IMG/VR virus record: IMGVR_UViG_3300013108_000147
DNA length: 64,000 nucleotides
Direction: 5' to 3' (one strand)
From: an uncultured virus (IMG/VR IMGVR_UViG_3300013108_000147)
Lineage: Duplodnaviria; Heunggongvirae; Uroviricota; Caudoviricetes; Crassvirales
The notes beneath the pieces are model-generated. The model was not told where the DNA came from, made no database searches, and worked only from the letters and a program-made list of their open reading frames with translations. Positions 30,004 to 41,100 of the stretch are shown here, piece after piece. Within the stretch, counting starts at the first letter, position 1; each line of letters begins with the position of its first letter. Made by a program: the position numbers and the translations under genes.

Positions 30004-30507
30004 ATGGGAGCAGCAAGCGCAGGTATAGGGGCAGTAGGAGGAATAGCACAAACTATAATAGGGGCAGGCCAAGCAAGGAAGGCTAGAAAAGCTATCGAAA
30101 ACTATGACCGACAAGATATCACAAACTTATCAGAAGGGTTAAAAGTTAGCACTAAAGGTGCAGACTTAGCTACACAAGAATTGGCTAGAGCTAACGCAAC
30201 AACTGTTTCTGCACTTAAGGCAGGAGGAGTTAGAGCGCTAATGGGAGGTATCCCTCAGATACAGGCATCTACCGTAAATCAAATGGCTAAAATAGGTGCA
30301 GACTTAGACGAGCAAGTAATAAACATTCAGCAGCAAGAGATAGCAGGAGCAGAGAAAGCTAGACAGATGATAGAGAGAAGAGAGGAAGCTGATTTAGCAG
30401 GTCTAGGACAACAGATGTCTACAGGGCAACAAACAATGGCTTCAGGTTTATCAGGATTCGCAGGTTCAATGGGGCAAATGGGTACGCTTTTTGCTGACGA
30501 GGATTAA
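30004..30507 (+). CDS. Putative internal virion/ejection protein
   Basis: Gly/Ala/Gln-rich amphipathic sequence; TATTTTTG promoter at 29971. Confidence 0.55.
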   Translation: MGAASAGIGAVGGIAQTIIGAGQARKARKAIENYDRQDITNLSEGLKVSTKGADLATQELARANATTVSALKAGGVRALMGGIPQIQASTVNQMAKIGADLDEQVINIQQQEIAGAEKARQMIERREEADLAGLGQQMSTGQQTMASGLSGFAGSMGQMGTLFADED

Positions 30508-30531
30508 TATAGTAAATAGAAAAACAAAATA

Positions 30532-32121
30532 ATGGCTAAAGGTAATTACGCAGCATATCAACAGTTACAACCTATAGATATAGATTGGACTGAAATAGCT
30601 AAGTCAGGGGTAGACGCTGAGCTAGCTAGAAGAGATAAGAAAAGAGCAGAAGAAAAGGCAGAGCAAGATGAGCTACAGACAGTAGAGTTCACCCCGTTAG
30701 AAGATGTTGTAACAAACGTCGATTCTCTTGACCAAGCTATGGCTCTAGGTATACAAGAGGCAGGTGAGATTAATCAGCGAGATTTCGACAAAGCTAGTAA
30801 AGATATAGACTTTAAGAGAAGCTCTGAGTATAAGGTTAGACACGCAAACATACAAAACTACCCTAAAAGACTTAAGATACTTTCTCAAGGAGTTGCTGAA
30901 TTAGCTAAGAGGTACTCACAGGCAGAAATGGATGGAAAGGTATCGGATTGGGACGATAGTTTAGGAGCTACACTTCACGGAGCTTTTGTTACAGAGAAAG
31001 TAATTTTTAAGGCTGATGAAAGAACGGGCGAGCCTTACGCAATGGTTGCTCAAACTAAAGAAGACCTTAAGACAGGTAAAGACGGTGATAACCCTAATGG
31101 TTACGTATATAATGATGACGGCAGTATCTCTATGAAAAAGGTTACCATTAACGAGGTATTCAAAGGATTAGGAGAATACAGAATAACTAATAAAGTTGAT
31201 GTGGCAGCTGAAGCTCAGAAGTTCGGAAAAGCTTTAGGTAAAAAGGTAGAGACTGATATAGACGGAAATATGGCTTCAGGCTTAACTATAACTAAAGAGC
31301 AGAAGTTCGAGTTTATACAAGAAAAAGCTAATGAAGCAGCTATGGACTTACTAGGTTCTGCAGGTGCTCCTACAGACTTAGCTAAGAATATTTGGGCTGA
31401 TAAAATGGGTAGAAAGAGTAGAGAGCTTACTGAAGAAAATATGTTAGAGATTAGAGATGATTTTGTACAATCAGCGTCTGCTTATTACGACCAAACACAA
31501 GAGAAAAGCTTTAATCAAAGAGCTACAGGTGGAACATCAAATTCAGGTAAAAATGATATAGAAGTTCACACACCTTCTTACGTAACTGACCCTTCTACGG
31601 GAGCGTTATCTAAGGCTAATATAACAGTCCCTGTAACTAAAGATGGTCAAACAGTTAATAAAGAGTTTAAAGATGTATACGAAGTTCAACTAGGGGGAGT
31701 TAACGGAGTTCTTTTAGAAGAGTCTGAAACAACTGTTAGGACTGTTAAGAATTTCTACGTAGATGATAAGGGTAACACTTTTGCAGATGTCACAACCTCT
31801 ATTAAGCCTTCAGGTAGAGTGGATTTCAAGGACGAGGACGAGTTAACACAAGCTATTGTAGTGGGAGCTATTAAGAATTGGGAGTCTGAAACAAAGACTA
31901 TAAAACTATCTAACAAGCAATTCCAAGCTATAGCTACAAACTCCGCGGTTGTAGATGAAAAAGGTTCAGGATTCTCTAACGGAAAAGCCTTTATGGATTA
32001 CTTAAAACGTAAGAGAGGTGGTACACCAACTCCTACGAGCACCCCTACCAACTCTGGTTTCGACATTCACAGTTACAAAAATAAGGGGACTAACGACACT
32101 CAGCACGGCCCACAACAATAA
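30532..32121 (+). CDS. Putative internal virion/ejection protein
   Basis: 529 aa between the small ejection protein and the giant ORF. Confidence 0.5.
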   Translation: MAKGNYAAYQQLQPIDIDWTEIAKSGVDAELARRDKKRAEEKAEQDELQTVEFTPLEDVVTNVDSLDQAMALGIQEAGEINQRDFDKASKDIDFKRSSEYKVRHANIQNYPKRLKILSQGVAELAKRYSQAEMDGKVSDWDDSLGATLHGAFVTEKVIFKADERTGEPYAMVAQTKEDLKTGKDGDNPNGYVYNDDGSISMKKVTINEVFKGLGEYRITNKVDVAAEAQKFGKALGKKVETDIDGNMASGLTITKEQKFEFIQEKANEAAMDLLGSAGAPTDLAKNIWADKMGRKSRELTEENMLEIRDDFVQSASAYYDQTQEKSFNQRATGGTSNSGKNDIEVHTPSYVTDPSTGALSKANITVPVTKDGQTVNKEFKDVYEVQLGGVNGVLLEESETTVRTVKNFYVDDKGNTFADVTTSIKPSGRVDFKDEDELTQAIVVGAIKNWESETKTIKLSNKQFQAIATNSAVVDEKGSGFSNGKAFMDYLKRKRGGTPTPTSTPTNSGFDIHSYKNKGTNDTQHGPQQ

Positions 32122-32148
32122 ATTTAATTTAATTTAAACTTTCGTATA

Positions 32149-35100
32149 ATGAACGAAGAATATTTAAAAGGATTACACGGACACTTAGGGATAACTGACG
32201 ATTACTCAACTTGGGTAAACGCAGTACAAGGAGACGAAGAATATTTAAAAGGACTACACGGACACTTAGGAATAACTGACGATTACCAAACTTGGGCAAG
32301 TGCTGTGTGGGGAAAGACTACAGCCGATTCTATGGAGTCTCGTTTGGATTCGGTGGTACAATTTTCTCAATCGGAATCGGAAGAGACAAATCAGGAGCAA
32401 GAAGTTACTACTTCGGAAGAAACTGAAACATTTGACACAAGTTTCCCTGAGGATATGATATCTCAAAGTAAAACGGAGAATGTTATACCTAGTGGAGATG
32501 GTACGCTTGTAATAGGTGGCGAAGAGATTTCCGTAGAAGACATGGAGATTTCTGAACTATATGACGCGTACAAACAAGCAGGGTACATTTCTCAAGCTGA
32601 CGTTTCTGAAGTAGAGGCTACAATAGAGGCTCAAGCAAAAGGAGATTTTTCTACAGTAGAAACAATAAAAGCTTACGCAAATACACTTATGAAGTATGGG
32701 CCCGCATCAGGTATGCACAGCCCTATATTTGATTATATGGATAGAGACGAAGCCTTGTTTGCTAGACAACAGAAAAATAAGGTTGATTTTCTTAACGCTT
32801 TACCTGAAGATAAGGTAACAGAGTTAAAAGAATACGCTTTCAACAGAACTGAGCAAATATCAGCTGATAACTTAAATGTTTTTGCTCAGAATAAACTTCT
32901 AGAAAGTAAGATTAAGACAGTTGTATCTGATTTAGAGCAGATGTCTTTATCTATGGAAAAGATAAAAGAAGATGGCGGTGTCTTACCTAAAGAAGCTGCT
33001 GATGAGTATCTAAAGGCTTATAAAGAAGCTGTATCTTTACAAACTACTTATAAAGAAAATACTAATATACTAGAGTCTAATACAGAGGATTTAGGAGAGA
33101 CTTGGGAAGAATTAGACCTTCTTAAAAGAAACTACGGCGGACTTGACTATTATCAAGAGAAGCTGAGATTAAGCGCTGCGCATATTGCAGGTGGACTTGT
33201 TCAACTTCAAGCTATGGCAGGAAACCCTGCGACCTTAACACCTGACGTTGAGCTTATGTATACAATGCAGAAGTATAGAGAGCAAGTGGCTGCAGACGAG
33301 GATATGTTAAGGCCTGCTATGTCAGTAGAGCAGATAAACGGCTTAGAGGACTTTGGTATGTGGGCAGGTGAGCAAATAGCTAACCAATTACCTATATTAT
33401 TGACACTAACAGCTACAGGCGGTACATCAGGGTTAGTTTTACTTTCTTCTTCTACAGCAGGTAGTAAGGCAGGTGAGATGACAGACTCTAATGTGAAAGG
33501 TGAAACAAACTTTTCAGCGGGAAATATACTTTTAACTAGTATAGGTCACGGAGCAGCCGAATACTTAAGCGAGAGAGTTAGTTTAGGTATCCTTAGTAAA
33601 GGTAACAGAGTTATAAAGTCTGCGTTAAAAGGTAAGAAACCTGGAGCTAAAATACCTACACCTGAGTATTCTAGTATAAGAACAGGCGTATCTAATTACG
33701 CAAAGAAAACTTGGGGAGCAGCTTGGCAAGAAGGTAGCTCAGAGTGGGCTAACACTTTAGCTCAGAATATGTTAGATATCGCAGCGGGAGCAGAAGATGT
33801 AAACCCTTTTGACGGAGCTTTAGATGCATTTGCATCGGGCGCGTTTATGGGTAAAGCTATGCAAACAGTTCCCTCTGTTGTAGGTATGGCTATAAGACCA
33901 TTCACTAGAAAGGAAATATCTAAAAAGATTAAATCTAATCTAGAAGATTTAGAGGCTTTAGCTTATATGTTAGAGACTCAAGATTTAAGCGAAGCGTCTC
34001 AGAACATTGTTAAAAGAAAGATGCAAAATATCATGACTCAGTCTGAGTCTATGATAAATGAAACTTTAGGAGAAACGTCTAAAGTAGGTTCTAAAGGTTT
34101 ACAGAGAATATTAGAGATAGAGAAAAGAGCAGGTATATTAAGAAAGTCTGTAAAAGAAATAGAAAATTCTGATTTACCTACAGAAACTAAAACTCAAATT
34201 AAAGCTGAGGCTAAGGCTGAAGTAGACGCTTTAAGAAAAGAGAAAGAAAATATATTAGATGGGAGTAAACAAGATGGGGAGAAATCCCGAGTACAACAAG
34301 AACTCGAAGCAGCAATACAAGGAGGAGTCGAAGTTGAGCAAGGAGGAAAAGGAACTGCAGAAGTTCAAGGAGAAAATGCTGAAGCACGAGATACTGATAC
34401 AGACTCTGAAGGAGTGCGGACAGATAAGCAGGGAGATACGAAACTCGATGACGGAAAAGCAACACAAACAACTGCAGCAAAACCTGAAACTGTAGATGTA
34501 GAACCTCTAAAAAAGAGAAAGAGACAATTAGAAGAGGAGCTAGTTGATATAGAGGACGACGCTACTGCAGAAAAGATGGAGGCTGAAATAGAGCAGTTAA
34601 ATACTCAAATATCTGAAGCTAGTAAAGTTGCTACTCCAGTAGTAGACAATTCGGCTAAGATACAAGCTAAGGACGACGCTACTAATCAAGATGTTACTGA
34701 TGAAGTATCAAATATCCAAACTAAGTTGCAGGAGGCGGGTAAACAAAAAGAGCTTGATACTTTAGGGGACAAGTATTTCAAAATTTTAGAAGACCAAGCC
34801 AAGAAGGAAGAATCAGGACAGGAGTTAGATAGATACGACAAAGCTAGAAAAACTAGAGCGTTTAATAAGATTGCTAAGTTAGGCAAAGAGTTAGGTATAG
34901 ACCCTATGTATTACTTAGAGAACAAGGGCGCGCTACCTAAAGAATCTGCACCTAAGAAAGCAGCACCTAAGAAAGCAGCACCTAAGAAAGCAGCACCTAA
35001 GAAAGCAGCGCCTAAGAAACCTGCGGCTGAAAAAATAATCGAGTCTTTTGAAAAACATGTTAAAAGTAAAGGAGTTACTTGGAAATCTATGTTTGCTATG

Positions 35101-38100
35101 GAAGGCGAAGTGTACAACGAGTTGTACGATATGATTAGTAACAAAGAAATAACTGAGGAGGAGTACGAGGCTTTTAAAAGGAGACTAAATAAAGCTAAAG
35201 ATAATGTTGAGACCAAGATAGCTGAAAATCAGTACGGAAAAGGCTCTCTTATGCATAAGCTTTCTCAAGAAATTCAAAAACTTTATAAGAAACATAAAGA
35301 TACTAAGGTTAAATTAGAGAAAGAGATAGATGATGTAGTAGACAAAATCTATAGTTTAAACAGACAGAGTTTAGATGTAGATAACATGAGTGAACGTCTA
35401 AAAGAACTTGACACTCTTAATAAAAAGAGAGAGAGTTTACAAGCTAAGATAGACGAAGCTGAAAGGAAGTATCAAGACGCTACAAATACGTTTGACGCTA
35501 TAGAAGGTACAATTAGTGCTTACGGAGCAATTACTGAGGGCGTAGACCCTAGGATAACAATCCTAAAAAAACTTGAAGGATTTATAAAAGAGTTTGAGAG
35601 TACCAAAAACCCAACTGAGCAAGAAAAAAGGTTCAACGCTCATAACGTCGAAGAAAGAAATTCTATAAAGAATAACCTTAAAGATTTCCCTACTAAAGTT
35701 CCTTATAAGAAAAAATCTCTTACTCAAGAAGATATAGAGTCTGCATTTGACCTTAACCCTGAGCAAAGTGAAGCTGCAGCTATTGTAAGTGATATAATGA
35801 TAGAGAATATGGCTGCTATAGAAGGCATTTCTGTAGAGGAGATGAGAAAGAAGATAGAGTTTAAGAAAAGTAACGTTGCTCCTGACGGAAGTCTTAAGCA
35901 AGACGCTGAGAGTAATGTGCAACCTTTCTACTCCCTTATAGGTAAGGCCATGTCTAAATTGGCTAAGCTACAGCCTTCTACACCTCAAGTATGGGTTAAG
36001 AAGATAGTAGAAGAAGGTGGTAGAGGCACTAAGTCAGAGTCAGACCTAGTTAAACTAGAAACTACCTTGAGAGAGTATTTAGAGATTACTAACGCTTTAA
36101 AAATAAATAAAGGTAAGCCTAAGAAGACTATATCTTACTCAGAGGTTCTAGGAGTCATTTCTGAAACAAGTAACGTTGATATAAGAGTTATTGTTAAAAG
36201 GAGTCTTACAAAACCTCAGTTAGAGGCTGAAGAGAGATTGTGGAAACGAGACGGGGAACTAGAGGATAAGGTAGAAAAACTAGACGAAAAGATAAAGAAA
36301 CTTAAAAGTGAGTTATCTGAATCCGAAATGTACACTAACCCTGAGTTAGCAGAACTTACAGCCCAACGAGCTAAAGCTATAGTAGAGGTGCGAAAACTTT
36401 TCTCTCACCTTAAAGAACTTAATGACCAAAATGTAGTTTACAGTAGTGACTCACAATATGTGTTGCAAGGGCCTGAAGGAGGCGGTAGAACAGAGGTTAT
36501 TATAGCGCTACCTTACTTAGACTTTAAAGTAATGAATGAGGAGCACTTCCAAGGTGTTGAGGATTCTATTGTAGGTTGGACTAGAAATAGTGTTAGGGTA
36601 AACCCTGCTACAAATTCTAAAGTTCTTTTAATAGAGGAGTTTCAGTCAGATTGGGCACAGAATCAAAGAAAGTACGGTGTAAAGGGAGGCCCTAAACAGA
36701 GAGAGCTTCAGAGAAGAGAGTCAAAATATCAAAAGTCTGCTCAGTACTTAGAGACGTTGGTTGAAAATTACAATGATTTCTTAAAGAAAACTTTTGGCCA
36801 ATTTGCAGCTTTAAGGGGTTACGAAAAGACTTTTTACGGTTTCTTACAAAAGCCACTATCTCCATCAGACCCTATGTACACTAACTTTGGTTTTAATCAC
36901 AGTTTTGTGGCTAACGGGCTTGCTCTACCTGAGACTATGGAGTTTTTAGCAAAGGTTTCTGAAATGCAAGGTAGACCTGCAACTGCTAAGAAGTTAAGAG
37001 AAGCGGCTAAAGAGGCTGAGTACAAAATATCAGAAATGATAGGGGCTCAAGAAATGCTTAATGAAGATTATATAGCCATAGCTGAACATATGGATTATGA
37101 CTCTTATTTTGGAAAGGGTGCAGTAGCTGCTCATGCAGAAGATATAAAAGAGTATACAGAATTTCTTAAGAACATGCTTTCAGTTGGTAACCTTTTCTCA
37201 AATGTTCTAACTAAAATAGACCCTGACTTTAAAGACCTCGCTCCTAACGCCATAAGAATTATTTACAATAATGTAACTTCGATAGGTGCATTAGAGAACT
37301 TTGACTCTGAAGTACAACGGGACGGTATACAAGAGGGCCTTGCAGAGATGTTTGAAAAAGAAGGGTTCCCTAATCTAAAAACACACTTGGACGAGGTTGT
37401 AAGTGAAGTGTATAATATTATTGGCGCTCCAATAGTCTCCGGTATAGTGACGGAATACCTAGAAGGTACGGAATCTAACTTCATGATGTTCAAGGAGAGA
37501 GTATACAATCCTGTAGAAATGCCTAATCCTTACGCTAAGAACAATGCTTGGATAGGACTTACTTTCAGAAAAACTCTACAAATGGCTATTGAGCAAGGTC
37601 TAGACCAAGTGGCTTGGACTACAGGTCAGCAACAGTCTGCTAGATGGGGTCAATTAGAAGGTAAAGAAAAGCAAGGTATAGAGTACTTCTATAACAATAT
37701 GATACCTAAAGAGGTATTAAAAGAGGCTAAACGATACGATAAGAACGCTAAGGTAGAAGTAATAGACTTAGACCCTTCTAATAAAGATAATAACTTGGCT
37801 GTTGGAAAACAGTTAGCTATCACTATCACGCCCGCTATGAGAATGGCTATTCGCGAAGGTGGCGTACCACTATTCCAAAATGGCCAAAGCCCACAAGGAG
37901 CTATGTCGGTTAAGAATGGTAAGTATATCGTACACGCGATAACTAACCCTAACGTAACTACTCCTTTACATGAGTTAGCTCACGTATATGAGGATTACTT
38001 AACTCCTGAAGAGAGACAAGTAGTTTTAGGATTTGCAGGTAAGACACAGTGGGATACAGAAACATCTGAGAAGTTTGCTAGAGGTGCTGAAAAATACTTG

Positions 38101-41100
38101 TCTAAAGGCACTGTACCTAACAATCCTCAGTTAGCAGAAATATTCTCTAAGTTCAAAGATTGGTTAACTGATATATACAACGGCATAACAGATAGTTCTA
38201 TTGATATAGAGCTCAATCCTGCTATGGAGGCGATATATGAGAAGATGTTTACTCCTCAGAACAAAAACAGAAATGTCAATAAGGAAGTAAGAAAAATGCT
38301 TAGTGAAGGTAAGACTGCTAAAGAGATATTTGCAGAGTTTACATCTAAGAGTGAGAGAATGCAAGCTAAGAATATCCTTAAGAGACTGATAGCTCAACCT
38401 AAGACTCCTGAAGAGGCTTTAAAGGCAGCTAGAAAAAGTTACAATAAAGCTAAAGCAAAAGCTAAGGCTAAGAAACCTAAGAATATTTGGAAAGAAACAA
38501 TCTTTAATTTAGCTAAGTATTTTACTGATAAGCAGTATCTACCTAAGAGAATGCTTAAGAAAGCGGGCGGAGATTTAGTTAGAGATTATATGGTAGCATC
38601 TAAAGGTTCGCCAGGCTACGCTAAAAGATTGTTTGATAAAGCTTACAATAAAATATATAGAGGCTTAACTAAAGAGCAGATAGATGACCTTAATAAAATT
38701 ATATTACAAAGAAGGTTTATAGCTATAGATAAGAATAGAGCTAAGAGAGGTCTAGACCCTGTAACTCACTCTGATTTCCAAAATCAAGAGACTGCTGAAT
38801 TAACTTTAGAAGGTCTTAGAGAAGAGTTGGGAGATAAGGAGTTCAACGAACTTAATAAAAGAGCTACAGCGTACTTTTCTGAGTTTAAGAACTTACTAGA
38901 TATGATAGAGAAGGCGGGTATAGTTAACAAAGAATTTAGAGATAGTTTCTTTGATGTAGATTATCAACCTAGATTATTCTTACAGTTCTTGCAGACACAG
39001 GAGCAAGAGAACTCTATTCAAGAAATGGGAGCGCCTACATCTACGTCACTTACTTCTAAGCAAGTTCAAACTATGGAGAAAGGTAGTGACGAAGCTTTAG
39101 TAGTGGATTCTATGTACTTATTAGGAAGGTCTCTTAATATGAGAGCTAAGACAGTAGCTATGAACAGAACTACTACTAAACTTGCAGAGTTTATGAAAGA
39201 GAGATTAGACTACATTAAGAAAACAAAGAAGAGTATAAGTGAAGGTAAACTAAAAGGTAAAGAACTTAAGAAGGCTAAAAAAGATATTAAGTACTTCGAA
39301 GAATTACAAAGAAGAGTTAAACTTAACCCTATTATAGGTTTCACAGAGTCAGGTAACCCTAAGTATAGGTTTAAGCCTGAGCCAGGCGAGAGAATTGTTT
39401 CTTACTACGTTAATGGTGTTAAACATCAGATGATAATGGAAGAAACGTTCTATGACCAATATAACGATAACTTAAAAGGTGTGTTTACTAATAGTGACGT
39501 AAGAGAAAAAGCTGCTGTCTTATCCGGCACAGCACTTGTTAAGACTATAGCTACAGGTAATAACCCTGCGTTCTTCCTTACTAACTTCCCTAGAGATTTG
39601 TTCTTTGTAGCATCTTTCTCTAAGGAGTATGGTAGAAGGAATGGAGGAGTGTTCGGAGCATATAACCCTCTGTCTGCTATTTCAGTTCTTTGGGATTTTG
39701 GTAAGAGTGTATATGAAATTGCAGCTGCTAATAATACTAAATTTAAGTGGCTTAAAGATAATGGTAGTTTTGAGAAATTTGTAGAGTACGGAGGTATGTT
39801 GGATTTCTTACACACACAAGGAGAGTACAAAGGTACAAAAGGTCTTAAAGGACTGTATAACGATAAAGTTGGTAACCGAACTAAAGAGACCCTTAGCCTT
39901 GTAGGTGACGCTCTATCTCTTAAACCACTCCAAACTTATTCTGAAATAGGTTTCCGTTTAGCAGTTTTCAACAAGTCTCTTGCGAACTCTCTGAGACTTT
40001 CAGAGTATAAAGATATGAAAGACGTACCTGCTGATGTATTAGAAGAGTGGTATATTAGTGCTGTTGCGTCTGCTAGAAGTTTAACAGACTTTAGTCAAGG
40101 AGGTATTTACGCAAAAGATTTAGATGCTGTAGTACCTTACCTTAATGCGGGTATTCAAGGTACAAGGTCTGCTGTTGACGCTATAGCGGAATCACCTTCA
40201 GACACATTATATAGAATGCTTACAACAGGTTTCACGTTGACTGCTATACCTGTCGCAGCTTCAGCTCATCTTATAGCCGGGGCTAATTGGGGAGATGACG
40301 ACGAAGATATGAAAGGTTTGTCTGCGGGAGGCCAATACTTAAAAGCTTTAGAAGGTGTTAGTAGATATGATAGAATTAATTATCAAATTATTTTCACAGG
40401 GGATAAAGACGAGAGAGGTGAGTATAAATATGTTAGAATAGCTAAGCCACACTTCGTTACGCCTGCATCTATATTAGCTCATCACTTATTAGAGGAGTAT
40501 ATAAGACAAGATAATAATCTTTCACCTGCAGGAGAGCAGAAGCTGATTGAAGACTTATCATTTGCTTTTGAGAAGAATATATCTCCTGTAGAATTTAATA
40601 TACTAGGTAATACGGCTAGAACTCCTTTACTTAAAGCGGCATTAACTTACGCTTTAGGTTACGACTTCTACCGTGAGCAACCTTTATCTTATCAGAAAGG
40701 TAAAGTGGCTCCTGAAGCCGAAGGTTTTGAGTCTAGAGGTGTAGAAGATTTCTATAAAGCTATAGGAGAATATCAGCAAATGTCACCTGCTAGATTAAAG
40801 GGAGCTATTGAAAGTCTTATAACTACTCCGTCTACCTCTGCTTATGTTGCATTAGCTTATGGTGGAGCAGACGCTTTGTTCGCTGATAAAGATTTGAAGG
40901 GGCCTGCAGAAATAATGAGTGAAGCTCTTAAGAAAAGTGTTTCAGGCCGTCTTTTGAAAACTACTAGTGAGTTTAACAGAAGAGTAGATTGGGATAAGAG
41001 ACTTAAAAATGAGATTGTAGCTAAAGATGTAAAGAATCTTAAAGATAGGTACAGACTTAAAGAGTTGGCTATCCAAGAAAGGGACGGTAAGGTTACAAGA

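Noticed and set aside
34211..35922. Antisense and alternate-frame ORFs in the giant gene (and similar ones within groEL, polA and the tail genes)
   Set aside because: They are fully nested shadow ORFs with no motifs or expression signals.
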